This document shows positions 25,915-35,187 of a stretch of DNA of 64,000 nucleotides, piece by piece. The notes beneath the pieces were generated by a model that saw nothing but the letters and a program-made list of their open reading frames with translations, searched no databases and was not told the origin of the DNA. Origin of the DNA: Candidatus Saccharimonadales bacterium (lineage in GTDB: Bacteria > Patescibacteriota > Saccharimonadia > Saccharimonadales > Saccharimonadaceae); contig DASSWW010000038.1 of assembly GCA_035704495.1 (NCBI GenBank), positions 24,389 through 88,388 of the forward strand. Direction: 5' to 3'. A program made the position numbers and the translations under genes. Position 1 is the first letter of the stretch; every line of letters begins with the position of its first letter.

Positions 25915-27546
25915 ATGAGTAAAGTTGCTGGCTATCTTCAAGAACATATATTAGGTGAGGTGTCGACCAACCCCGCCATTCTAAAAGCGATGAGTACGGA
26001 TGCAAGCGTGCTTGAAATGACACCAGAAATGGTCGTCTATCCACGTGTGACGAATGATATTCGTAAAGTCGCGCGTTTTGCCTATCAGCTTGCCGAAAAG
26101 GGCCACGTATTGCCACTGACTGCACGCGGTAGCGGGACTGATCAAACGGGCGCAGCAATTGGTAAAGGCATTGTGCTGGCGTTACCCGCACACATGAACC
26201 GTATTTTCGAATTTGACAGCAAACAAAAGCTTATTCGTGTCCAACCTGGTGCCAACGCCAAAGCAGTTAATGATGCGTTAGCGCTACACGGTATGGCGAT
26301 CCCGTCATTGCCGGTGTCGGCTGAATATAGCACCCTTGGTGGCGCCGTGATGAATAATGCCAGCGGGCCGCTATCTGGCCGCTATGGCGATACTAGCGAG
26401 TGGGTGCACCAACTAGAGGTTATACTTGCGAATGGTGATGTTTTGCAGACGGAACGACTTAGTAAACGCGAATTGAGTAAGAAAAAAGGCTTGCAGACGT
26501 TCGAGGGTGAAATTTACCGTAATTTGGATAATTTGATCGAAGACAATAAACAGCTGATCGCCGATAACTTTACGGATGATGTTCGCGACAATGTTGGCTA
26601 CTCGTCGATTGCAAAGGTTAAACAAAAAGACGGATCATTCGATCTGACACCACTGATTATTGGCAGTCAGGGAACGCTAGGTATTGTGTCGGAGATGATT
26701 ATGAAAGCGCAATTCATGAGTTCGCAGCAGTCAGTTGCTGCCATTGCCTTTACTGACAAAGAAGTGGCGCGTGACGTATTAGACAAACTGAATGCTTTGA
26801 CGCCGACTGTGCTGGAATATTTTGACGGTAGCCTATTTACTGAAGCAGCAAAACAAGGCAAAAAGTATGATTTTTACAAATCTATTGATGGACTTTTAGA
26901 AGCAGTCATTCTTGTGGGATTTGACGATTTTAGCGAAAGAACTCGTCAACACAAAATCAAAAAAGTACGTAAAGTTATCGGTGACATCGAAGCACAAATA
27001 GTCAGTGCCGATGGCCAAGAAGCCGAACAATTGTTAGCTATTCGCGAAGTAACCGCTTATTCACTAGCACCCGCTGGCAAAGATACGTCTGCGCCACCAC
27101 TCGTCGAGGGCGCGTACGTTCCAAAAGAACGATTTGAAGATTTTCAATCAGCTATTAACGCACTTGCGACCAAACATCGGGTTGCTTTACCGCTCCACAG
27201 CCGGTCACTTGACGGTACGGTGTATACGCGACCGGTTTTGCAGCTGCACAAAGTTGGTGATAAACAAAAAATATTCAAACTATTAGATGAATATGCCAAC
27301 GTCGTCGATCATCACGGCGGTCATTTGATTGGCGAGGCAGGTGAGGGACGCGTTAAAGCAAAATTTGCACATAAACAACTGGACGATGACGTTATAAAGT
27401 TGTTCGCTGCAATCAAGAATGTTTTTGATTCACACGGCATTCTGAACCCTGGCGTCAAACAAACAGTCGAACTGCGTCAATTGGTAGCCCAGCTACGCGC
27501 CAATTACGACATGGCAGCATTTAGTCAGCACGGACTATACAACTAA
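25915..27546 (+). CDS. FAD-linked oxidase (GlcD / D-lactate dehydrogenase-like)
   Basis: PCMH-type FAD-binding region (VVYPRVTNDIRKV...LTARGSGTDQTGAA..GKGIVL) and a C-terminal HGG..IGEAGEG / HGILNPG. Start moved to the ATG at 25915, behind GAGGGAG. Confidence 0.85.
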   Translation: MSKVAGYLQEHILGEVSTNPAILKAMSTDASVLEMTPEMVVYPRVTNDIRKVARFAYQLAEKGHVLPLTARGSGTDQTGAAIGKGIVLALPAHMNRIFEFDSKQKLIRVQPGANAKAVNDALALHGMAIPSLPVSAEYSTLGGAVMNNASGPLSGRYGDTSEWVHQLEVILANGDVLQTERLSKRELSKKKGLQTFEGEIYRNLDNLIEDNKQLIADNFTDDVRDNVGYSSIAKVKQKDGSFDLTPLIIGSQGTLGIVSEMIMKAQFMSSQQSVAAIAFTDKEVARDVLDKLNALTPTVLEYFDGSLFTEAAKQGKKYDFYKSIDGLLEAVILVGFDDFSERTRQHKIKKVRKVIGDIEAQIVSADGQEAEQLLAIREVTAYSLAPAGKDTSAPPLVEGAYVPKERFEDFQSAINALATKHRVALPLHSRSLDGTVYTRPVLQLHKVGDKQKIFKLLDEYANVVDHHGGHLIGEAGEGRVKAKFAHKQLDDDVIKLFAAIKNVFDSHGILNPGVKQTVELRQLVAQLRANYDMAAFSQHGLYN

Positions 27547-27678
27547 GCCTTGAAAACCACTCTGTAAACCGTTATTATAACGAAGCACACGGCCCCTATG
27601 ATAATCGTAGACGGCTGCGCATAAAAAGTGCAGTCCGAAAACGACAATAAACTACCGTACCTCAATAAGTCGTGTCGA

Positions 27679-27772
27679 TGTGGCGGCTGCGGTAAACGCA
27701 AATTTATAGTAGACGCGCACGTAGTTTTCTAACTCGTGAGAGGCTATCGTGATACATTGCACTAATATATAT
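27679..27772 (+). repeat. Conserved tRNA-Leu upstream leader block, copy B
   Basis: tggcggctgcggtaaacgcaaatttatagtagacgcgca...ttctaa...atacattgcactaa. Confidence 0.7.
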
Positions 27773-27859
27773 GCAGATGTGGCGGAATTGGTAGACGCGC
27801 TAGCTTCAGGTGCTAGTGTCCTTCGGGACGTGGAGGTTCAAGTCCTCTCATCTGTACCA
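27773..27859 (+). tRNA. tRNA-Leu (anticodon CAG), CCA encoded
   Basis: GCAGATGTGGCGGAATTGGTAGACGCGCTAGCTTCAGGTGCTAGTGTCCTTCGGGACGTGGAGGTTCAAGTCCTCTCATCTGTACCA. The anticodon loop is TTCAGGT and the variable arm is long. Confidence 0.9.
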
Positions 27860-27863
27860 AAGT

Positions 27864-27890
27864 AAAAAGAGACCGTTTGGTCTCTTTTTA
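27864..27890. terminator. Rho-independent terminator after tRNA-Leu(CAG)
   Basis: aaaagagacc-gttt-ggtctctttt. Confidence 0.8.
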
Positions 27891-27930
27891 CTTTGGTATG
27901 CATAAGAAAATTTAATTAGGCAGTCTCCTA

Positions 27931-28821
27931 CTACATCAACTCTCTAATCGCTTTCGTTTCTTCCTCATTCGTCACCTTGCCATACTCCAACAAACTTAGC
28001 AGCGCCATTACTTGCGCCGCTCGCGCCGACTCTGCGTGTCCGACAATGATTTTTTCGTTGTAACTTCCAAACAAAATATCATTAAACTGTAAATCATTCA
28101 TGTCCCGCTCTTCTTGATTGACAATTTGATTATGCGCCAGTAATTCAGCGGGTATGTCTTCTTCCGGTGTTTCGTTTTCTTCTGTGTCGTAGTAGCCCGT
28201 CGGCGCGTCGAATGTTTCTCCGCCATATCCCAACTCAACACGATAATCAATCGCTTCCTGTGATTCGGCTATCGTAAAAATCTGTCTTTTGTTCAGCAAA
28301 ATCGTACTGTCAAATTCCTCATCCGTCATAGCTGCGTCATTTTCGTATACCGTACTCTCGTATTCTTTTAGGTGCTGGGTATATGCGGCGTGCAATTTTT
28401 CTTGTACTTGTCCGGCAACCATTGGTGGAACATCACCTATGTCCGCTATCGGCACAGCTTCTTGTAGTTCGACGGTATAGACGGTCGAGATTTCATTGTC
28501 GTCATCTTCATCTGGCATCAAGCGCTCGGCTGTAAACGATATTTCGGTCGTGCGACAACGCCCTATGTCTTCAATCGCCAGTTCGTTGTCCAGTTCATCG
28601 TCAGAAGTAACTTTATCTGTATCTTGATTAAAGTAATCGTGAATCAGCGATTCGGCATGATTGAGCAGGTAGACGTCAATCACGCTACTTCCTATCACTC
28701 GGCGTATGCGTCCGTGCTCCCATTCGCCACCGGTACGTTTATTGGCATACGCGTCTAGCAAATCAAACATTTTTTCGATTTCAAAATTGGCCGATTTTTC
28801 TGCTGTCATAAAAATAATCAT
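27931..28821 (-). CDS. Hypothetical highly acidic protein
   Basis: 296 aa ORF, rich in Asp/Glu, with no recognised domain. Confidence 0.6.
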   Translation of the reverse strand: MIIFMTAEKSANFEIEKMFDLLDAYANKRTGGEWEHGRIRRVIGSSVIDVYLLNHAESLIHDYFNQDTDKVTSDDELDNELAIEDIGRCRTTEISFTAERLMPDEDDDNEISTVYTVELQEAVPIADIGDVPPMVAGQVQEKLHAAYTQHLKEYESTVYENDAAMTDEEFDSTILLNKRQIFTIAESQEAIDYRVELGYGGETFDAPTGYYDTEENETPEEDIPAELLAHNQIVNQEERDMNDLQFNDILFGSYNEKIIVGHAESARAAQVMALLSLLEYGKVTNEEETKAIRELM

Positions 28822-28853
28822 AACATGTAACGGTTAGATAACAATAAGCGTCA

Positions 28854-29504
28854 GTGTTTGATACAGTAAGATATATGGAAAATATATCAACGTCATCCAT
28901 CGGCGTCGGTCCGCACCCAAAACCATGGCCGACTGGCGAACAGTACGATGCTGAATTGTTAGCGAATGGCGACCGCCGTAACGTCGAAGACAAATATCGC
29001 TACCTGACAGTCGAAGCAATCAAAGCCGATCTTGATAAAAAAAGAGTCGATCTGCATATCGCCATCGAAAACTGGCAACATGATATAAATATCGGTACGA
29101 TTGTGCGCAGCGGTAACGCATTCAATGTGGCGGCGATACATATCATTGGCAAACGCCACTGGAACCGGCGTGGTGCAATGGTCACCGATCGCTATTTGTC
29201 TGTTTTTCATCACGCGTCAGTCGATGAATTTGTCGCGGCAATGCAATCTGACAAACGTCATATTATTGCCGTCGATAATCTTGAGAGGGCCATGCCACTT
29301 GCTCAAACCACACTGCCACAACACGCAGTATTGGTTTTTGGTGGTGAAGGGCCGGGGTTGAGTGCAGGAATGGTCGCTGCAAGCGAACGACTCGTCATGA
29401 TTGAACAATTCGGCAGCACGCGTTCGGTAAATGTCGGTGTTGCGGCTGGGATTATAATCTACGCTTGGATGCAACAACATATATTGACTTCTTTACAACA
29501 ATAA
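28854..29504 (+). CDS. SpoU/TrmH family RNA 2'-O-methyltransferase
   Basis: IVRSGNAF, VLVFGGEGPGLS and IEQFGSTRSVNVGVAAGIIIY are SpoU motifs 1-3. The start could instead be the ATG at 28875. Confidence 0.8.
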   Translation: MFDTVRYMENISTSSIGVGPHPKPWPTGEQYDAELLANGDRRNVEDKYRYLTVEAIKADLDKKRVDLHIAIENWQHDINIGTIVRSGNAFNVAAIHIIGKRHWNRRGAMVTDRYLSVFHHASVDEFVAAMQSDKRHIIAVDNLERAMPLAQTTLPQHAVLVFGGEGPGLSAGMVAASERLVMIEQFGSTRSVNVGVAAGIIIYAWMQQHILTSLQQ

Positions 29505-29518
29505 CGCATGATAAGTAT

Positions 29519-30154
29519 ATGAGTATGGAATCTGAAGCTGTGTATCATCCCATCCCTTCGTTCGCCGGTAAATCGACGATTCAGCTTGCGTTTCAGCCAA
29601 GTGACAACCTAGAACAATCGATACAACAATTTGTTAAACCAGATATGCGCGGTAAGCACCGCGTTCATTTTAATTCTGATCCTATTATGCAGTTGCGATA
29701 CACGGGTGGCGACTCAAATGGCATTAAGTATTTGAACGTTCCTGATAAACGTGGTGAGCCGAGTGACGAAGAACTGTTGTATGCGTATACACAGCGCATC
29801 GAAACGATACAGAATCAAAATATTCCTGTTGCTGCGTATCATCCGCGACTAGAACGGCTTGAAAACGGTGATTTATCAATACAACTGGCGCTATTGCCGT
29901 CGGAACAAACAAAACGACGAATAGGCGATACAATTTTGCGCCACATTGGCAGGGATGAGGTGATATACGCCAGAACAGCCATTTCTTATGGAAAACTCGG
30001 TGATGACGAAACATTGCAAACGGCGCAAGAAGCAATGATTGAGCGTTTAGCGGTACCAAAACCTTCGGCAGATGAAGATTATTTAAAGCCGTCGCCAATT
30101 GCTCGTCGTATGTATGTTACAGATACGTACGTTACTAGCCATCCAAATCGGTAG
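29519..30154 (+). CDS. Hypothetical protein
   Basis: ORF 29465-30154 trimmed to the first ATG past the upstream gene. No recognised domain. Confidence 0.5.
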   Translation: MSMESEAVYHPIPSFAGKSTIQLAFQPSDNLEQSIQQFVKPDMRGKHRVHFNSDPIMQLRYTGGDSNGIKYLNVPDKRGEPSDEELLYAYTQRIETIQNQNIPVAAYHPRLERLENGDLSIQLALLPSEQTKRRIGDTILRHIGRDEVIYARTAISYGKLGDDETLQTAQEAMIERLAVPKPSADEDYLKPSPIARRMYVTDTYVTSHPNR

Positions 30155-30221
30155 CACGGATTCATCGATTATAACGCTTTTGCTTGCAAACAGTGGTCAA
30201 ATATGCAACGATATAAAGTAA

Positions 30222-31562
30222 ATGAGCACACTATCACCACAGTCTTATAAGGGCACTCGCGATTATTATCCCGAGGATAAACGTATACAAAATTTCATTT
30301 TCAATAATTGGAAACGAGTTTCGATGCGTTTTGGGTACGAAGAGTACGGCGCACCATTACTCGAACCGCTTGATGTATACGCGGCAAAATCCGGCCAAGA
30401 ACTAGCCAACGAGCAGACATATTCCTTTACTGATCGTGGCGGTAGGACTGTCGCAATCCGCCCCGAAATGACCCCTAGTATTAGTCGTATGGTTGCTGCA
30501 CGTCGCCAGGAAATGGCCTATCCCGCCCGCTTATTCTCGATAGCGAACTTTATGCGTTACGAACGACCACAGCGTGGCCGTGAACGAGAGTTTTGGCAAC
30601 TAAACGTCGATATTTTTGGGGCCGAAGGCGCACTTCCTGAATCCGAAATTATTGCGATGGGTGCAGAGTTTTTAAAAGTCTTTGGCGCGACTGACGATAT
30701 GTACGTCATCAGGATCAACAACCGCAAAGTCATTAATTACATGATGGCGCAGTATTTAGGACTAGACGCGATTCAAGCCCAGCTGATGATAAAACTATTC
30801 GATCGCAAGAATAAAATTAGCAATGAAGAGTTTAGGGATCAGGCGATCGATATTTTTGGCGAATCAATGGCTAGCAGCGGACTCGCGAAGATATCCGCAT
30901 TATTAAGTGCAAAAAGTATGGCTGAATTACCTGGTGAAATACGTGAAAGTTCGGCAGTCAAAGAAGTACAAGAACTATTTACACTACTAGAACGCGCTGG
31001 CGTAAAAAACGCTATGTTCGACATTACTCTGATGCGCGGTTTGGACTATTACACGGGCACAGTATTCGAGTTTTTTGATCTGCATCCTGACAACAATCGT
31101 TCGTTATTTGGCGGTGGTCGCTACGATGGGTTGGTCGGGTTATTTGGAGCCGAGCAGATTTCTGCTGTTGGTATGGCACCAGGTCTGACAATGACTGAAT
31201 TGTTTTTACAAACCCATAACTTGCTACCAAAACTATCTTCAACGACCGAAGTTTACATTGTTGTACTAGGCGAAGACACGCTAAAAGGCGCAATGGCCGT
31301 TGCAGCAAACCTTCGTAATGAAGGCGTTAATACCGAGCTAGATATTACAGGGCGCAAACTGGATAAACAACTGAAAACAGCTATTAAAAAAGATATTCCT
31401 TATATTATTTTCATCGGTGAAGATGAGCTAAAAAGTGAAGTGTACTCATTTAAAGATACCGTTTCGAGTGAAGAGCAAAAACTGAGCTTTGAACGTATCA
31501 TCAGCACGGTAAAAGATCGCCGTCACGCACACGTCGACGATTTCGACGATTTATTCGAATAG
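30222..31562 (+). CDS. hisS: Histidine--tRNA ligase
   Basis: Class II motifs (GTRDY, RPEMTPS, ERPQ.GR.REF.Q, GGGRYDGL) and a C-terminal anticodon-binding domain. Confidence 0.93.
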   Translation: MSTLSPQSYKGTRDYYPEDKRIQNFIFNNWKRVSMRFGYEEYGAPLLEPLDVYAAKSGQELANEQTYSFTDRGGRTVAIRPEMTPSISRMVAARRQEMAYPARLFSIANFMRYERPQRGREREFWQLNVDIFGAEGALPESEIIAMGAEFLKVFGATDDMYVIRINNRKVINYMMAQYLGLDAIQAQLMIKLFDRKNKISNEEFRDQAIDIFGESMASSGLAKISALLSAKSMAELPGEIRESSAVKEVQELFTLLERAGVKNAMFDITLMRGLDYYTGTVFEFFDLHPDNNRSLFGGGRYDGLVGLFGAEQISAVGMAPGLTMTELFLQTHNLLPKLSSTTEVYIVVLGEDTLKGAMAVAANLRNEGVNTELDITGRKLDKQLKTAIKKDIPYIIFIGEDELKSEVYSFKDTVSSEEQKLSFERIISTVKDRRHAHVDDFDDLFE

Positions 31563-31611
31563 TTCGCTGGTTTGACACGTTCAGCTAGCTCCCATATAGT
31601 GAAAGCTAGTT

Positions 31612-32187
31612 ATGCTTACTATGCAAAAAACAAAAAGTGGATTTACTATTGTCGAACTATTGATTGTTATTGTGGTGATCGGCATTTTGGCAGCTATTAC
31701 AATTGTGACGTATAGCGGAGTGCAGGATCGAGCTGTCGACACCCGTATGCGCGTTGCTGCTAATAAGGTTGAAAAGGCGCTTCGGCTTTGGCATATTGAT
31801 ACAGGCGAATCGCCACAAGGCGGCTGGGCGTCGACGCTACCCATCAGTGGTAATAATTGCCCTGACGGCGACGTGGTGAATGGGTGGGTAGCAACAGATA
31901 CCTATCCGTGCACACTGGAGGATATTTTGGTGGCTGGCGATTATTTGTCAGAAGATTTTATAGGTGGGCTACCTAGTAATACCTATCAACACACCAGTAC
32001 CCAATCTGGCCGTTATTCGATGATGTTTTATCCGTGTAACGAAACCGATGAATTCGCCTTGTACTGGACGCTGCGAGCACCTAGTGTCGAAGACGGTACG
32101 CAGTTGCAAGCGGTGTTGGATGACGGCTGTCCAACTGCCCCCGAAACCACGCATGGCATGCGTGGCGCAAAGATTATCCAACTGTAA
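31612..32187 (+). CDS. Type IV pilin-like protein (prepilin N-terminal cleavage/methylation domain)
   Basis: MQKTKSG/FTIVELLIVIVVIGILAAI, with the prepilin peptidase site G|F and Glu5. Confidence 0.85.
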   Translation: MLTMQKTKSGFTIVELLIVIVVIGILAAITIVTYSGVQDRAVDTRMRVAANKVEKALRLWHIDTGESPQGGWASTLPISGNNCPDGDVVNGWVATDTYPCTLEDILVAGDYLSEDFIGGLPSNTYQHTSTQSGRYSMMFYPCNETDEFALYWTLRAPSVEDGTQLQAVLDDGCPTAPETTHGMRGAKIIQL

Positions 32188-32229
32188 TCTTTGACCTCTT
32201 TAAAGGGCTCTGCTATACTAACCGTTTGT

Positions 32230-33519
32230 ATGAAGACGACTGTAAAAAACCTATCCGACACCAAAGTCGAGCTGACCATTTCGCTTGGCAAAGAAGAACT
32301 TGATGCAGCAGAAAAAGTTGCAATCTCTAAACTCGCAAAAACAATGAAAGTACAAGGTTTCCGCAAAGGAAAAGTACCTGCTAGCGTTGCTATCAAAAAT
32401 GTTGATCCAGAAACGCTCGCCCAACAAACCCTAGAAGACGCGTTATCTAAAGCCGTTGCGCAGGCCTATATGGATGAAAAAATTCAAGCACTCGACCGTC
32501 CTGCAGTCGAGATTAAAAAGTTTGTCCCTGGCCAGGAACTAGAATTCACCGCCGAAGCAGAAATTCTGCCAAAGGTAACATTAGGTGACTATAAAAAATT
32601 AAAAGTTGAATCACCAAAAATCTCTGTTACTGCAAAAGAAGTCGACGAAATTATTGAACGAATGCGTACTGGTATGGCAGAAAAAAAGCCAGTTGACCGA
32701 GCGGCAAAAATGGGCGACGAAACCAAAATTGACTTCGTCGGTAAAAAAGACGATGTTGCGTTTGACGGTGGCACTGCACAAGATTACGAGCTGACACTTG
32801 GTAGCAATTCGTTCATTCCTGGGTTTGAAGAGGGAATTGTCGGCAAAAAACCCGGCGAAACTTTTGATATTGAACTATCATTCCCTGACAACTACCACGT
32901 CGAAGATTTAAAGGGTGCAAAAGTCACTTTTACGACGACGCTAAAAGAAATTAAAGAAGTTGTATTACCAGAAGTCACCGATGAATTTGCCGCAAAAGCT
33001 GGCCCATTCAAAACCGTTGCTGATTTGAAAAGTGACATCAAACGCGAACTGACTGCTCAAAAAGAACGTGAAGCAGGCGAAAAAATTAAAGATACACTAG
33101 TAAAGCAACTGGTTGAAGTCAGTAAAGTACCTGTTCCAGAAATCTTGCTAAAAGACCAAGCCGAATCAATCGAACGTGATATGACGCAGAACTTGATGTA
33201 CCAGGGATTAACACTTGATCAGTACCTGGAAAACAAAGGATTTGAAAACAAAGAAAAATGGCTGGAAAGCGAAGTGCATGACGCTGCTGAAAAGCGCGTA
33301 CAAGCAGGTTTAGTATTGGCCGAACTAAGCAAAGTTGAAAAAATCGAAGCCACCAACAAAGAATTAGACGAACATGTAGCGCAGTACAAACAACAATACG
33401 CTAATAATCCCGAAATGGTTGCGCAGCTTGACCAACCCGAAGCACGTCGTGATGTCGCTAACCGATTGCTAACAGAAAAAACTGTTGATCGATTAGTCGA
33501 GCTAAATACGAAAAAGTAA
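32230..33519 (+). CDS. tig: Trigger factor
   Basis: Ribosome-binding GFRKGKVP motif, a central FKBP-like domain (F.PGFEEG..G) and a C-terminal chaperone arm. Start set at the ATG at 32230. Confidence 0.92.
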   Translation: MKTTVKNLSDTKVELTISLGKEELDAAEKVAISKLAKTMKVQGFRKGKVPASVAIKNVDPETLAQQTLEDALSKAVAQAYMDEKIQALDRPAVEIKKFVPGQELEFTAEAEILPKVTLGDYKKLKVESPKISVTAKEVDEIIERMRTGMAEKKPVDRAAKMGDETKIDFVGKKDDVAFDGGTAQDYELTLGSNSFIPGFEEGIVGKKPGETFDIELSFPDNYHVEDLKGAKVTFTTTLKEIKEVVLPEVTDEFAAKAGPFKTVADLKSDIKRELTAQKEREAGEKIKDTLVKQLVEVSKVPVPEILLKDQAESIERDMTQNLMYQGLTLDQYLENKGFENKEKWLESEVHDAAEKRVQAGLVLAELSKVEKIEATNKELDEHVAQYKQQYANNPEMVAQLDQPEARRDVANRLLTEKTVDRLVELNTKK

Positions 33520-33540
33520 TACGCTTTATACATGAAATTA

Positions 33541-33573
33541 CCCCCGACACGCGTTGCGCGTCGGGGGCTTTTC
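33541..33573. terminator. Rho-independent terminator between convergent tig and an ORFan gene
   Basis: cccccgacacgc-gt-tgcgcgtcggggg followed by cttttc. Confidence 0.75.
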
Positions 33574-33602
33574 GTACCTCTCGTTACTAGGCTGGGTGAT
33601 GG

Positions 33603-34118
33603 TTATTCAACCAAACGAATACGACCCGAAGGCAGAAATACGTGTACCGAATGGTATATCTGGATACGGCGACTGCCTTGATCGTTAACGACCGTCAATT
33701 CGACTACTCCAGCGATAGTCAACCGCTGCTCGTAACGAGCGTTGGTTGGCTTTTCCGAATCGATTTTCTTTGCAGGATTATCGACCGACGTTTGCCACAA
33801 GCGAACCGCTTTTAGACGATCGTCGTCGTGAAAACGTGACGAATCAAAACCAGGAACAGCATAGTCACCAAGCAAAGGGTAATTACCCTGTTCGTCCGGC
33901 GTGCACTCTATGAGTAGCCGTGCCTCTGCGTCGCGGTTGTTGAACATCAATATTTCATATGGCATGACGCCGTGTGTCGACAAATCGTTTTGCACAGTAA
34001 CTGGCGGATTCCACTGTCCAGTTTCCTGGTTGTATACATAGTTCTTGTACGACAGTTGCGTCTGGCGTGACAACGTTGTCGTCCAAAAAATGCTAACAGC
34101 TTGTTCGGTTGCGTTCAT
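33603..34118 (-). CDS. Hypothetical protein
   Basis: Start set at the ATG at 34118, behind GAGAGGTG. No recognised domain. Confidence 0.6.
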   Translation of the reverse strand: MNATEQAVSIFWTTTLSRQTQLSYKNYVYNQETGQWNPPVTVQNDLSTHGVMPYEILMFNNRDAEARLLIECTPDEQGNYPLLGDYAVPGFDSSRFHDDDRLKAVRLWQTSVDNPAKKIDSEKPTNARYEQRLTIAGVVELTVVNDQGSRRIQIYHSVHVFLPSGRIRLVE

Positions 34119-34195
34119 AACAAACACCTCTCTAGCGATGGTAAGGTACGTTAAGGTAATTTTAACACATTTCGTTAAAAATAGCAATAATATAT

Positions 34196-34228
34196 AAAAA
34201 AGACGAGTAGGGAGGTCTACTCGTCGGG
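34196..34228 (-). terminator. Repeated terminator element, copy 1 (identical 33-mer)
   Basis: Minus strand reads cccgacgagtagacctccctactcgtcttttt. The same sequence recurs at 34651-34683. Confidence 0.8.
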
Positions 34229-34268
34229 ATCGCTATGATCATCGGTGTCATAGCGATTAATCGCGGCG

Positions 34269-34568
34269 TTATTTGATTGTCTTTTTCACATACGTTGCTA
34301 GATGAGTCAGTATCTTGACAAACTCATCCGCCAGTACTGCTGCTGCGCCGCCGGCTACTGCCGCAGCAGTAGAAACAATATAGACGTCGTTCACAGCGTA
34401 ATATAGATGCGAAAAGACATACTGGAAAACGAAAGCAAAAGCCAGTATAGGCAGCCACGTGGCACAAAAGTTATAGAAAAGCGAGTGTTCATCATTAATC
34501 AGATATAACTCGTTCTCACCAACTTTTACATGCTCACCTGTTGTAGGTGCGTTCTCTTCGATATTCAC
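34269..34568 (-). CDS. Hypothetical small membrane protein
   Basis: 99 aa with two hydrophobic segments. AGGAGGAA precedes the start codon. Confidence 0.6.
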   Translation of the reverse strand: MNIEENAPTTGEHVKVGENELYLINDEHSLFYNFCATWLPILAFAFVFQYVFSHLYYAVNDVYIVSTAAAVAGGAAAVLADEFVKILTHLATYVKKTIK

Positions 34569-34650
34569 GGTTCCTCCTGGTGGATTGGATGAAAAGAATC
34601 GTTAGTAATATTATAATTTTTTAGCATAAAAAGCAATAGTTCGAAAAATG

Positions 34651-34683
34651 AAAAAGACGAGTAGGGAGGTCTACTCGTCGGGG
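34651..34683 (-). terminator. Repeated terminator element, copy 2
   Basis: Identical to 34196-34228. A second, unrelated hairpin (34684-34710) lies immediately after the gene stop. Confidence 0.8.
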
Positions 34684-34720
34684 CCTCTAAAATCGTCGAT
34701 GTTTTAGAGGTGGGTGGTGG

Positions 34721-35077
34721 CTAGTCTTTTGACAGCTCTTCTACTATTATGTGGACAATCCGCAGTGGCCAGAATTTAGCCATCACACGGGTTATGCGGC
34801 CATAAAATCTGAAGCCTTTCGGCCATGAATAGTATAGCAACAGTGCGATACCGCTCAGTATACCCAACACGAATAGGTACAAACTAACTAGCGTAAGGAC
34901 GACTGCGATTGATGTAAGAAAAATCTGGAGGATAATTCCAACATCATTAACTATCACTAGGATAAACAGCTGTTCAGCTATGTATTGCAAGAACATAATC
35001 GTTCCGAACCATATCATGCCAATTGCTCCCAGTACGGCTATCGCCCGTATATTCGAGGTACGATCCTTCGATTTCAT
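34721..35077 (-). CDS. Hypothetical multi-pass membrane protein
   Basis: Start set at the ATG at 35077 (MKSKDRTS), behind TAGGAG. Three or four TM helices. Confidence 0.6.
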   Translation of the reverse strand: MKSKDRTSNIRAIAVLGAIGMIWFGTIMFLQYIAEQLFILVIVNDVGIILQIFLTSIAVVLTLVSLYLFVLGILSGIALLLYYSWPKGFRFYGRITRVMAKFWPLRIVHIIVEELSKD

Positions 35078-35142
35078 AACAACTCCTAGGTAGTCCGAAA
35101 GATTCAATAGTACTATACCACAACGAGACAGTATAACGACTT

Positions 35143-35169
35143 TTAGCACTCATTTGCGCAGAGTGCTAA
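35143..35169. promoter_or_regulatory. CIRCE (HrcA operator) inverted repeat upstream of clpP
   Basis: TTAGCACTC-atttgcgca-GAGTGCTAA, a perfect match to the consensus. Confidence 0.85.
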
Positions 35170-35181
35170 TTTTGCTATACT
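35154..35181 (+). promoter_or_regulatory. Putative clpP promoter embedded in CIRCE; the -10 lies 6 nt from the ATG
   Basis: -35 TTGCGC (in the CIRCE spacer), 16-nt spacer, -10 TATACT (35176-35181), then agaaatATG with no SD. Confidence 0.55.
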
Positions 35182-35187
35182 AGAAAT

